Source: Chrysomallon squamiferum
Lineage: Eukaryota; Animalia; Mollusca
Assembly (NCBI GenBank): GCA_012295275.1
Contig: CM022670.1
Span: 31,434,001 to 31,498,000, forward strand
Direction of reading: 5' to 3'
DNA: 64,000 nt
Shown: piece by piece, positions 29,901 to 44,900 of the stretch
Layout: every line of letters starts with the position of its first letter
Position numbering within the stretch: position 1 is the first letter of the stretch
Notes under the pieces: model-generated
Databases searched by the model: none
What the model saw: the letters and a program-made list of their open reading frames with translations, nothing else
Told to the model about the DNA's origin: nothing
Translations under genes and position numbers: made by a program

Positions 29901-32900
29901 CATATGTTTGGATATTAATGAAATGGTTTAATAATATCAACAAAGTAACAGGTTTATCAAATCAAATAAACAGTATCCTTGTCAGCATGAAGTAAAAGCA
30001 TGTTTACCAACATCAAGTAAACATCAGGTTTACCGTGATCAAGTAAAAAATTGGTTTACAGGCATCAAGTAAACAACTGTTTACCAACACGAAGAAAACA
30101 AATGGTTTACCAACATAAAAAAAAAAAAACACCATTATGTTAACCTAAATTAAAAAAACATGATGTTTACCATCATCAAGTAAGCAACAGGTTTACTAAT
30201 ATCCAAAACTCTGGCAAACACATGATGAAAACTGTCTGTTTATTAATAGCTTCCCCAGCAGGTTTTGATCTCAGCAGTGAAAGGTCATAAAAAAAATAAG
30301 AAGTTTCACATTCTTATTGTATGTTAGAGTTCCTCATGCTGAAGACTTGTTCAGAGATTACATAAATGCAGAGCAATATTCAGTTCAAGTTGGAAAGTTT
30401 GAGTTTTTTTTTAATGAGCAATAAAACAGCAGGAACATGATGAAATAAAACCAGCAGTGTCAAATTATCTCAAATATATGTTCATAATGTTTCAGACTTT
30501 TTTATTTTTTTATTTAGTGAGTGTTATTTTTGTATTATTTTTTTTATTATTCATTTTATTTGTTGATAAGAAAAAATGTCATTTTCATGAAATGGCTTAA
30601 TTAAATTGTAACTATGTCTTGTGAATAATTTCAATTTATGTTAAGACAGTTATATGTTTGAATATATTACCAAATTGAATGACTCTTTGAACTTTGATAT
30701 AGAAATAAGGTCTTTATATATAATTTTTTAAATAAATCAGATGAAATAGCATAATTTTTTCTCTCTGATTTTGCTCCCTCTAAAACTAAAAGGTGTAACA
30801 ATTAACCCCTTCATTAACAATATGGATTTCACTATCCAACAGAATAAATTGGAGTTATGATGTCCAATCCTCATACAGGACTGTCTGTAATGTGGTATGA
30901 TACATCAGGGACCGTGTTAAAATTCAGTACACTGCAACTAGTAAAGCAGTCTTTATATGAATAGAGGAATTCTTTTTATAACTGGTATATGTACTAGTTA
31001 TAAAAAGAATTTTAAGAGTTTAATATTTATACATAATACAAAAGAAACATTATCTTATAATCATATATCAAAAAAAATATATTGAATAAATCATTTTCTG
31101 ACTGAAAAAAAAGACAGCACATATATATTTAAACACATACTGTCATAATGAAGATACATAATAATATAACAAATGCTGGCTAACACAAAGATGTTTGTAT
31201 GTGAAGAAGAAGAAAATGTCATAAAAGAGCTTTGGGTATTTTCAGGAGCATGAAAAAGGTGATAAAATTAGTGATGGATACACAGACAACATAGAGAGAT
31301 AAGAAAACTGGTTATGTTATTCCACCCACACAAAGCTTATCCAAGCATAAAACCTAATCTTCAGTTTCTCCATCGCATGTGTTTTTGTAGCCATCTCTAT
31401 CACTAGGATTATCTGGCTTATATTTGCATCAGATTTATCAACTATGACTTTGCTGTTATTTACTGACTTTATGTATTTATTTTCCCATTTATTTTTATTG
31501 TTTATTTATTCATTATTATTATTATTTATTTTATTGTTATTTTTATTGTTAGTATTGGTAGTATGTTATTGTTTATTTCTTCATTATTTAAAAACAATTC
31601 TTGTTCTGACATTTTGAAAAAACAAATTTACAAAGATTACAGTTTTGAATTATACTGAGTGTTTTGTTTTGTTTTGAGTTTGTTTGGGGTTTTTTTAATT
31701 ATTATTTTTAATGTTTTATTTTAAAATAATCCATTGAATAATATTGAATATTCAGAATATATATTTATATCTGCATTAGACAAATGTATATACGTATTAT
31801 TTTTAAAAATTTGAATTCAAAACAATTAGTGTTAACATTAAATGACTGAATATTTTATTTTGCAATGCAAATACAAAAATAAATTTAAACAAACTCTGAC
31901 AAGAACAAGAATAGGCTGGTTTTGTTATATTGTATTCAGCAAAACAGTTATGTCAGAAAAAAACAGAAATTAAATCAGATTACAGTAAAGAACTGAAAAA
32001 AAATAAAATAAAATAAATAAATAATGACAGTGATGAATAAATATATAAATAACAAAAGAAGAAGATAAAATAAACAAACATTTTATTTTTATTTTAATTA
32101 GAGAAAATAAAATAAAATAAATATACAAAAATATTCATATTGCAAATCTGTGTATAAAATAAAATAAAATAAACATGACAAATAAAACAAAACAAAACAA
32201 ATCACAATAAATAATGATGATGATAAATTAATAAAGAAATCATAAGAGAAAAACACAAAAGAAAATATTTTCAGTGGAGTTGCTCCTGCTAATATTAAAC
32301 GGCAGTAACTGACTTCATATGTTTATACTGTAAAGCAATAACTCAGTTTTATAGCCACAACTTCCTACAATGAACAGAAACCAGCCAAAGAACAAAGATA
32401 TCTTTTAAATCTCTCAAGTAAAATGAAAAAAATGCTAAACAAAATAAAATTAAAAAGATTAAAAACACAGAATCTTGCAGACTTATGACTTCTTTATCCA
32501 ACTGGACCAGAATATAATCTCTTTTTTTCTTTCTCTTACTCACATGACCTGATAGTCCAGTGGTTGTTGGGCTTTTTTCTACCAGTGGCACATTGCCAGT
32601 ACCACACACAGCCTGGGTGGCCACCACTGGGAGACAAAATGTGTGAAGACAAATAAATGATGGATGCAGCTTTTGAATACATTTAATATACTTGGCCATT
32701 TTTGGTGTTTTTTTATACAATGGACACTGTCATAAATTTCATAACTATATGAAATTTGTAGGATGTCATGAAAAGGACCACCACGATATGTGCATCTGTG
32801 TGCTTCTGTATGTGTAAATGTGCATGTGTGAGTGTAAACATAGATGTGTGTGCTTCTGTATGTGTAAATGTGCACATGTGAGTGTAAACATAGATGTGTG

Positions 32901-35900
32901 TGCTTCTGTATGTGTAAATGTGCACATGTGAGTGTAAACATAGATGTGTGTGCTTCTGTATGTGTAAATGTGCACATGTGAGTGTAAACATAGATGTGTG
33001 TGCTTCTGTATGTGTAAATGTGCACATGTGAGTGTAAACATAGATGTGTGTGCTTCTGTATGTGTAAATGTGCACATGTGAGTGTAAACATAGATGTGTG
33101 TACTTCTGTATGTGTAAATGTGCACATGTGAGTGTAAACATAGATGTGTGTGCTTCTGTATGTGTAAATGTGCACATGTGAGTGTAAACATAGATGTGTG
33201 TGCTTCTGTATGTGTAAATGTGCACATGTGAGTGTAAACATAGATGTGTGTGCTTCTGTATGTGTAAATGTGCATCTGTGAGTGTAAACATAGATGTGTG
33301 CTTCTGTATGTGTAAATGTGGATGTGTGAGTGTATGTGTATTTCTTGCATGTATATGTGTGTGTCGCAGTGTATGTGTGTATATATGTATGTCTACATGC
33401 AAGTGTGTGTGCACATGGTGTATATGTCTATGTATGCGTCAATGTCTGTATAAGTATATATGTATGAATGTGTCTGTATAATGTATGTTAGTATGTATTA
33501 AATATGTGTGTGAGTGTACGTGCATTTATGAAAGTATATGAAACCATATGCATATACACATTTATCTATGTATCTGTAAATGCACATTTTTATGAAACTG
33601 ACATATCTGAAGTCACCATTTTGCAGTGATGAGGAGATAACAAATAGCCTCAGTGTATCACTGATAACCTAATATACAAAGATTACTGCACTCAGATAAA
33701 TGTCTGACAGTAAACCAAGCACATGATAGAGCCACCAACAAAGTTTTAACTCTATCTGTGACATGTCACTAATCTACCATCTTTTACTGAATACACTTTT
33801 AATCTTTTTATTTTTAATATATTTACTGTAAGTTAAACTGCAGGCCACTATGGAAACATATACACATTAACATGCAGACCAGCTTTCAAAACCTTCCATA
33901 AAAACAAACCCTTCAATAGTGTTTAATATTTAGCTATATGTAAATCAGTTACATAACAAGTAATCTTTGTAATATATAGTGAAACAACAAAACAAAAGAC
34001 AGAAGCAGAATACTACAGAATAAGCTGCACTTGTTAAATTAATATGCAGTTCTAAGAATTATTCACAAGTTCTATTTACTCAGCAAAGAATTAAATATGA
34101 GGAATACTGAACAAGATCAAATACTGTGGATAAAAATGTATCTGTTAGATAAAGCACATGATTCCACAGGAGTTATTCTCAAATCTAGAAGAAAACAATA
34201 TTGGGTACATCATTTTACATCACAAAGCTAATTGGCCATCTTGAATAAATCATAATCTTTTGCATAAGTCAAAGCATATATAATATTTATTTTTACAAAT
34301 ATGATATACCAGTCAGGATTATGAAGTATACATTTAAAAATATAATATGTTAATCAGGATTCTGAAGCTTAAATTTACAAATATAATAAGCTAATTAGCA
34401 TTATCAAGTTTACAAGTATGATCAGTTAATACATACTACAAAATTTATGTTTACTAAAATATGATTATGTAATTGGAATTATAAAGTTTACATTTACAAC
34501 ATAACAGGCATCATAAAGAGATTTGGAGATGATGACTACAAATATCCATGATAGAGATCTGTATTGTAATTACCACAGATTTCAAAAAATTTGGTGTATA
34601 TTATTACTAATTGGCCATGTGCTGAGTTTTTGGAAAATAACTTTGAAAAACAAAAGGTACATAGTTTCGAAACTTAGTGGTTTGTACATTTCATCCATTT
34701 GTATATTAGGATAATTTTTAAATTTTAATTCTGTTTTACTTTTTGCAATAAAATAATAACAAATATTAGAAAGAAACATGTGCAAAGTTATTTTTCTTAG
34801 ATTTTATAGATAATGTGGATTTTTCAGCACATTAGAAAATTATGAACATTACATTTATTACTGATAACTGTAGAAATGTGATAATTAAAGAAACCAGACT
34901 TTGTTTTACTGCATAACTGAATAGTTTTAATTTCTTTCATGCTGTCACAATTGATATTTTACATCCAGATGGTAAGTGTAGAAAGCTGATTATTATTTTT
35001 CTAAAACCTTATTAAAGAAAGAATTTCTTTTAGTGTTATAACCGAAAACAGTTTTAAATTTTACAATTATTGTCACAACACACCTAACACTAGAGAAGCC
35101 TGTTTCCAAAAATCTAAACAATTCTGGCATCCAACATAATTATCAAGACAGAGACTGTGAGATGCAAAGTGTAAAAGTTATGCAACAACAACAACAATTA
35201 TCATTTAATGGTTTGTTTTCAAACACATTCCCAGTTTTATATTCGAGTTCTAAATTCCATTCTTAAAAGGATTCTGTATGAGACAGAGAAAAAGAGAAAA
35301 AAACATGATTCAATAATTAAAACATGGAATTCACTCACAAACAGTATGAAATACAATGGAAATTAATATGTAAATATGTATAACCAATAATTAAAAAAGT
35401 ATATGCTTAAAAAATAAAACATAAAAACAGTCAGTCAGAGATTAAAACACACACACACATGTGCATTTATACAGTTATATACACACTAGCATATGCTTGC
35501 AACCATACACAATAACCCATAAACAAGGCACACACAAACATGTTTGTAAGAAGACCAGAATTCAAGGGTAGTTAACTTGAATGCACTTCTTTCTGGCACA
35601 GTCTGATAATGCATGTTGTGTGTTCTGACAGCTTTAATAGGCTATAGTCAAAGAGCAAAATCATAAATGTCAACAGAATCATATGAAGTTACATACTTCC
35701 CATTCTGACAAGCAAACATCAAAACCAGTAACCCAAATGAACCGATGTTTGAAAGAGGCCTGAGGAAATACACTTAAAAAACCACACATAAAAACAAAAA
35801 CAACAAAACAAAAAAAAGAGATACTCATTATATATATATACACATATACACATAAAAAACAAGCATTGAAAATTCATATCTAGTTACACAGAACATAATT

Positions 35901-38900
35901 TATTTTTGTAACAAAACATAAAGTCAGGAAATATCTGTTCTGCTGTTACAGAAAATAAAAATAAAAATAAAAGTTAATAGCTACTGTTATTCTTTTCTTC
36001 ATTTTATTTTTATTTATTCTTATGCGTGATTGTGTTGTTTCTATATTTATGATTTTAAAATAAGGACAACTGGATATTCAAACTTAAAAAAAAATGAAAC
36101 CATATGTCTAATAATTATTTTAGATTATAATAAAAATAATGACATATTTTATTTAAAATAATTATATTATAATGAACTGTGAAAGAAACATGTTTTAAAA
36201 TATGTTAATAATTGACGTAATTCACGAATGTATAAAAAAAAAAAAATGACAAGATTTAATTACGGATTTCTATATTAGGTGTAATATTATAACTGGAATC
36301 AAAATTGCTATTTTGTTTCTCAAAAAAATATGTGAAAAATAGAGAATGAAAAAAAATATAAATATTTTATAGAAATGAAAATTTATATTGTTATTTAATT
36401 TTGGTTATGATATTTCATATTTATTTTCTTAATTTTTTGTTTTGTTTTCTTTTGATTTTCTCTTTATTCTGGTTACCATTTATTTTATTTTTTTAATTTC
36501 AACATTTACATTATTAAACAAATATTCCTCCTGTCTCAGGAGTACTGATAAGTGTTAGGGCTTTTAACTGAAGTTTTGAAATGATCTCTCAACAAATGAA
36601 AAATAAAGTAAAATCACGTCAAGTTTAAACCAACAGTATTGGGTGGACCCAGTCACCATTCTACCATTATACCATTATAAATGTGATGGAATTGCAGAAT
36701 TATGAGGTGTGCTTGTTTAAAGGGGTCTTTATGATGAAATAAGGAAGTCATTCTGGAAAAACATATCACTGTATAATACAGAAAATATACAAATATGTAT
36801 TTCTTGATTTCTATGTTGTTGTTTTTTCTTATTATTTATTAATTTGCTCATTCATTCACAATTATTTATTTAAATGTTCGCCTTATTTTATTAGTATATT
36901 TATTTATTTATTTATATTTATTTGTGCTGATTTATTTCTATTTTTTTATTTATTCATTTACTTTCATATATTAATTAACACACATGTAAATCTATATAAT
37001 TGTTTACATTGAAATCAGTTTATATTACCATTAAATTTAAAAGCAAACACCTAACTGTATGTAAAGCATTAATGATGTTTACACTGACTATCAAATTAAA
37101 ATATATTATCAAACATTTTTTTTTCAAGTAATTTGTGATGTTTGTTTAGTCATTATTCTTTCACTTTTCTTTCACAAGAATCATATTAATTAGAAATTAA
37201 TCTATCGACTTTTTCTTTTGCTTTTCTTTTTTTTTATTTCAGAAAAATCTTACCTGTTTTTACTTCATTCAACCTCTGTATAATTAATCACATATATAGA
37301 ATTTTCATATAAATTCTTTGCAACATTCTCAATTATATACAAACTGTTTCTTATAATATCTACCAATCTTCAGTATTAAAAAAACATCTTAGGTTGATAT
37401 AAAAAAATAAAATAAAAATTTGGTTGCCTATAATTATTCCATACAGGGTGCTGAGTCTACTAAAACATATACAAAGTGGAAATGTTACAATGTAGTTTTT
37501 AATCACAACTCCTCAGCAAAATGTTTAATAAATCATGATAAAAAGTTTCTTCCTCTCACTGGCCAGCCCGGGAGCCCACACCAGGTGTTCTTCTGGAGAT
37601 ATGTTAATGAACCTGACAGAGACTAATTATTCTCAGGCTAAAGTGGGTCTGTGGTGGGAGGTCTGACAGCAATATGTGGTAAGGTGCCAGTTACACATGA
37701 TACCTCTTGCTACATGAACTGGCGTATGTACACACATAAACCCAACAGCTTATGCAGTGATGATATTTTCATCAATACTGGCCTGCAAGGAGCCTTGTAT
37801 GTACTGTTATAATCTCCAATTTGTATACAAGATAATTGTGAACCTGTTTCTCTACCACCTTCCCAGCTACCTCATGCTACAACCATTCTACACCTATTAA
37901 TATTTATCCACCATATAACCCACGTCATACAAATTCACCCCATCCATTAAATACACATCCACAATAATAAACACTATACACATATCCTCAATCTCAATAT
38001 CATCCACTGCACACATATATCCACAATACCACTCATACATACATTTCCCTCAACTTACCCACAATACACAAACTTACCCATCATACTGTCCACTATACTC
38101 AAATATCCACCATACTATCCACTATGCACATATCCACCAACTACACAAATATCCACTAACCACTTATTTTGCACTTATTCACATTACCACCCACTGACAA
38201 CACATATTCCCCATGTACATGCCAACTTCATCACACCCTGGAACTTCTTAGTTGCACATCTGCCAGAATCAAGTCATCACTTGTTTGATTTGCTGGCTAA
38301 ATGGTGTGCAGGAATAATAATGTTGTTGTGATGCAATATTTCAATCATCTCTGACACCACTTATTACAAAAAAAGATGGAACCATTGTGAAAGGAATTCA
38401 GAATAAAAACTAATTTTCAGAATTTTTTCATGGGCAATTTTTTAATTCAAATTATTATTGTATATTTTTTATTTTGTTTTTGTTTTCTGGGCAGTGTTTT
38501 GTTGAGGAATTACTTAAATTTTTTTTATTAACTAAGAGGTACTTACAAACTGCAAAAAGGAAAAGTATGGCCCTGTATCTATTAAATAATAAAAATAATT
38601 ATAAGGAAGTAGAATAATGAAAAAAAAACACAAAACAATAAATCCTAGAAAAATGTTACAGATTAAAAACCCAGAAACATCTATCAAGACACAAATATAT
38701 CAATTTAAGAATGGTACATTGATAAAACCACCATCTTCAATTTGTAACAGGCCTTCAACGTGTTGAGATGCATGATAATAAATAACTTAAACATTTTTTC
38801 ACTTTCATTATAAGTGTGTAGGTTCAACACAAATATCTCACAAGGCCAATGTTTCAGCATGAGAGAATTTTATTCATTCAGACACACAAATCAAAGGTAA

Positions 38901-41900
38901 AAAAAATAATAACAAAATAAAATTTAAAAAGTTTCAGAATGTAGCTTTTCTAATGCAAAGGTAATAAAACAGAAAAATTATGGTTGTGGTTTTATGAAGC
39001 AGTTAAGATGTTGTTGAACAATAACATATTTATCTGTTGCTCAACAATGTGAAGTCTCCTGCAAATTGTAATAGTACAAGAAAAGATTTATGTTTACATG
39101 AATTTAATATTATTCATCAGTTTATTTGCTGAAGTGAGCTTATTAGTGGATTATCGCTCAGTGTTATTTACAGGTATCTGCTATAATCTGAAAGAAGAAT
39201 TACAGGTGCATTAACACTATAAAGAATAAAAGGAATTAAACAAAAGCTGACATGTTAGTTTTTATACACTATGTATCCTTACTGACAGACAGTAAGGAAA
39301 CTTTTATAACCATCACAACAGAGGAAGGAAAGCACACAATACTGCCACAACAGCACTGGTTGGAATTTGAAATAGTCTGTATTATAATAATATTACAAGT
39401 GTGAGCACATATATTATTTATTTTTTTAAATCATCCTCAATCAAATGAAGATGAATGTTTTTTGTTTAATTGTTGCCCTTGTTTGGGGGGTTGTTAGGGG
39501 TTTGGGGTTGGGTTTGTTTTGTGTGTTTTTTTGTGTGTTTTTTTTCATTATTATTACTTTTATTTATACACTGAATCTGTTTTTCACTGACAAATATAAT
39601 GAATGGTAAAACAGACAACAGAATACTTTAGTTGTCTTTTTCTAAACTGGTAAGTAATAGAAAATAAATGTATTCCAGTGCTTCTAAGGAATCTGTCAAA
39701 ACAAACTGAACTGAGAAATTATGAACTCAAAGTATTTAAAACCTATCAAATGGAAAAAAGATCATGGCATGCTTGGTGACTACAAACATTAGCAGGTAAA
39801 TATATGAACAGGTGAAATGTGAATACAATGATCTGGCAGCCAGACAGACACACAGACTTACATAATGGGATGAGACTGGACATGGAACATAAACATTAAA
39901 CCCTTCAGTTTAAATGAGGCATGATGAGTCTTTGTTAAGGTGGACATTTTAAGAAACTTGCCAGTGGCTGCCTTTGCCATGAAACAAAACAAGCAGCCAA
40001 GCTGAAAACATACAACACCTGTGAGACTAACACTGGCGCAGAGCTGGAATTTACCCTGGTGGTTTAGAACACCCATCACAAAATGTGATATATCAGAGCG
40101 GTAGTGGGATTAAAACTAAAATGTCTGACATCTAAGAAATGTCAGCTTCTACACTTACACTTTGAACTGCTGGTCATTAGACTTTGTCTTTCAATTACAA
40201 CATTTTTCCATTTGAAAGGTTTTCAGATATTTTAAGTTTATAATATATTAGTTCAGTTTGTTTTGACAGATACCTTGAAAGTAATGGAATACTGATTTAC
40301 CTTTTTTAAAAGCAGCTGTATTATTTGGTACTGGTAATATGAAAAAGAAATATAGACATACAGTTATACTGTTAATGTTGACTTGCAGTAAAACTTCATT
40401 AGCCACTATGTTAGTCAAGGACTTATAATTACGCTGTCTAACATTAGCCTGGACTCAGTTACATTATGTAATATATTACTGGACTAATATTAATCATGGA
40501 CTGCTATAATAATGATTAATATTAGCTTGGACTTAAAAATTACATTAAGTAATATCAGCCACAGATTTACAGAAAGCTTTTTATATGCCAAACATAAAAT
40601 AATGGATAAAATTTAAATATTTTCAAAATTTCCACTAAACATAACCAACTGTGGCACACCTGTCCTACTTAAGATATGCCTGATAATATATATATATATA
40701 TATATACAGATGAATCCATAAGAACCTAACATCATTGCAAATTAAATAAAACAGACATACATGGACCACAACATCCTCAGAATTAGAGTTATGGCAGTGA
40801 CTACCAACATCAGAATAATAAAAATTTACTTTCAGTTAAATGGTTAAAAATCATCAAAGGATTATAAACAGAACCATTAAACAAATTAAAAAGTAAATAT
40901 TAAAAAAATCCACATCACTACAGCAGACTATCATCAAAACACACACAGCAGCAGCAACTACATGGCACTAAGGTTAAAAGCATGCACTCGGCAACCTCAC
41001 CACATTTTATAAGTGTTCCAACTTAAATTGCAAGTACATGCCATAAAGTCATCATTACAAGCCAGCATTTTTTATCTAACAAGAAGTATTTCCATTCAGC
41101 AACATTTGTACAAGACCTCCCAAAACTCTAACAGTCAGTCAGAGCTAAGTGATACATGCTTTTCATGTATGCCAGCAACCTCCGACCTAATGATGATGGA
41201 GTTAATCAGACACAGATGATTTTTTTTTTTTAACCTCCAGTAATACAAATGTCTTATTAAGTCTATATTACCTCCCAGCACTGAAGATTCCTGTTGTTTT
41301 CTTGTGCTATAGTCTTTTTCAAAAATGTAAATTCAATTTCCACCATTTTTTTCAAATATAATTTTTTTTTATACTGGAACAGATTAAACTGATTGTATGG
41401 ATGTATATATATTCTGCTTAAAGAATGATTTACTGACATATATATTGTGTACAAAAGTGGAACATTTTTAATGTTTAAAGTTTCAATGTACTTACATGCA
41501 TATGCATATGAGATCTGTTTGATTAAAGGGATTAATTTGCCTAAAATTTAATATAGACAAAAACACTTCCAGTTTCTTCTTGCTTTGACCATATATTACC
41601 CAAATTGGGATGGCAGTTATTACCACTGTCCCTTGAGTTATATACCCATATATTATGATGTATTTATATTTCTAGACTTATATTCAGCTAAAATCATGAA
41701 TGTGTATAAAGATATTTATATTTTTAAGTTTGTGAATCTATTTATTTCTGTTAACTAAAGTGCATTCTAATGTATTCTTCTTCTCCTGCATTCAGGTGAG
41801 GTTTAACCGTATTTCCTAACGTATGAATATATTTATATTTTTCTGTACTTATATTTTGTTAACAGTATGAATGTAATTTGTTCAATGAACACAGAAACAT

Positions 41901-44900
41901 TAAATTAGTGTTATTATGCTTCAAATGAAATATAAAGATTAGACATTTCACAGAGTGGATGTTAAATATAATGAACACTAACCTTTATTGCTTATCTTAA
42001 TTACAATAACAATTCAGCCAAACTTTTTATTTTTGCTGTTAAGAAATTTAATTTGAATTTTTATATATGATTAAATTCACAATTTGAATTTTTATGACAA
42101 AAATCTGTTACGGAATTTTTATTTATGAATTTTTTAAAACATACTTTGATAGTATGTCTCAGCGTCACTGTGTAAGACATGAAGTGTGTAGGAGACAGAT
42201 ATATATAAAAAAAAAATCATTAAGAAATGTTTTTCTTGTAACAATTATCTATAAAGATTCTTGACGTGCAATTATTATTTTTTCTAATTTAGTATGTTGT
42301 ATGTGGTAAGTACCATCAATATGGAATCCTAGTAAAAATTAATCCACTTCAAAGGATAGAGATGACATAAATAATGTTCTATAACATAGTCCTTTTTTGC
42401 TCTTCATATTAGTGAAGTTGAGACAGGATTTCAAACAATAACAGAAAATCTTAGCCTAATATATTTTTCTTTCTTTTCTCACTAACATGAATTAATGATT
42501 AAATTGTATTTCTCTTCAATGGATTACAAATTCAAAGAAAATAAAAGATTTCTGACAAGCAAGCCAGGTTAACATTTTCTTCTTTTTATCACAAATATAA
42601 ACAAAACATCCAATAACAGACAAGCCAGACATGTTTAAAACCTTTATCACAACCCAGGTAATGCTATGCATCATGTGGAAATATTTTTTCCAGCTTGCTC
42701 CTCCTTGAAGAAATCTTACATACCTGCATAGTTGAAGCAGGGAGGCTGTTTCTTTCTACAGACCATACAGTGACACAGATAGAACATCGTAAACAATCCT
42801 CATGTTAAACAACTTGCAGTAGTGAAAACCTGGAGAGTGGAACTGTGCCATGTGTTACAACATATATACAGAATGGGCAACTTTTGAAACTTGCCTGTAA
42901 AGGGATGATAAATACAGGTAGGTGGTAAAATGACATGAATTTCCCAAAATAAATTAACATCCTGTTAATAGAAATTTTCTAAGCAAAAACAATATCAATT
43001 TCTAATGATATTCTCTTGGAAGAAAAAATAAAAATAAAAATGTATGTGCCTTATAGCATATCCTTAATAGTTTTTACATATTAGGTCGAGTACTTCATCA
43101 TATTAACAAAGTGCATTTGATATTTATCAAAGAAAAAACTAATTTCTTAATTCAGTCTAGAAGATCTAATGAAAATACAAACTGAAGATTTTTTTATTTT
43201 CTCAATGCTTATGAACATGAAACAATATTTTCTTTTGTATGATACCTATATGGTAACACATGTTCAGCATTTGAATTTGATATAAAATAAGATCCATCAC
43301 TGTTTATTTTGTCTCCTTGAATGGAAAATAATAAAGGCCAAGAGTACCACACCACTACTCCCAGAGTGACTTTTCTGTTGATGATAAGGACAAGTTTTAA
43401 ACAGAACACCCATGATGCTTCATTCTAACAATTATGTGTTGTCTCTACAAAATGAGAACAATTTGTCTAGTATGCAACCACCAGACTGCACCCCTTCTAG
43501 CATGTAATTTGTAATGTATAGGTACTTTAGAGGTAAACAGGAATTTTAAATAATTTTTTTTGGTTTATACTCCAAGCACCAGAAAACACCCATACAGCAA
43601 TAATATGTTATCTTGTGCTGTGTGTTGTTCTTTAATAACTGAAGGATGATACCAAATACCACCTTAGCAGACTGACAGAGATACAGGACTCCATTCACTG
43701 ATTGTGTCTAGTTCTGCATACTTCCTTTGAAATCAGATAGGTTCTGTTCTGCAAATGAATGTAGACTGTAACCATGTCAAATCATTCAGCTTCTGGGAGG
43801 AACATTTATGTTTTTTAATTTATGATCAATGATTTAACAAGGGTGTGTGTGTGTGTATGTGTGCATGTGTGCGTGCGTGCGTGCGTGCGTGCGTGTGTGT
43901 GTGGCTGCATGTGTTATAGAAGAATTGTTTTTATTATTGTCCTCTTGCCTTTGTTTAATTTATTTTCTGATAACAATTTCATTATCCTAAAGACTGGATC
44001 TGTGCTGTAAAATTACTGCTACAATAAAAGCAATTGTTTATATGGAAACATATAACAATACTTAATAACCTAATATTAACATTGTATAAATTGAAAGCTA
44101 TTGCAAAATATATATATGTATTTTTTAATTTAATTTATTATCAAAACTGCCATATGGATGAATTAATATCATAAACTTTATATCCATCATTTTCTTTATT
44201 CTACATACTCGTCAGTGATTTTTGTTTATTTAAAGGTGCACAAAAGAAAGAAAAAAATTAAACAAACTCCTGACAAGTTTGAAATATTGTTTTTTTTGAC
44301 ATGGAGTAACACACAATCAAACAAAGGATTCCCTTCCCCACTAGTTCCTCTTCCAAATGGCTGGACTGTCTTGAACTAATAAGCCTGTCCTGTGAATTCA
44401 ACCACTGGAAGTTTTCAGAACAAAGAGCCTTGGGCAATTGCAGCAGTTCACAGCATTTCACAATGGACCGCTTCTTTAAACTGTTGTAACAGAATGGGTT
44501 TAAGTTTCAGGGTGGTCAGAGCTAGCGAAGGGAATACTATGCATTCAGCAAACAAAACAAAAATGAGGGAGAAGTAAAAAAAAAAAAAAAGAATGAAAGA
44601 GCGGTCACAATTAATAGGGAGGCCAATAGGTGCCTTTTCACATGAAACCCATGCTACACTGGCCCTGGGTACACCGTCCCAGGTCAAACCTATTACTGGG
44701 CTCTGAGTGCAAGTTTTCAATTCACAAAACTGATAGAGATCAGCAGAATTCCACATATTTGTAACAGAAGCTTACATGTGTATGTAGTGTTTAGGTGAAG
44801 CAGTCTGCTCTTTAAAATATATCCATGTGCCATCACAGTGGTGGAGTCAAAACAATATAATCTGTATATAGATTTTTCTAAAACAAACTACATATGTAAT

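Noticed and set aside
32579-33481. Long His/Thr-rich ORFs (194-233 aa) in all three minus-strand frames, plus a Cys/Val-rich plus-strand ORF
   Set aside because: They are translations of the 50-bp minisatellite. A period of 50 cycles the same peptide through all frames, so this is not a gene, and it has no unique spacers so it is not a CRISPR array.
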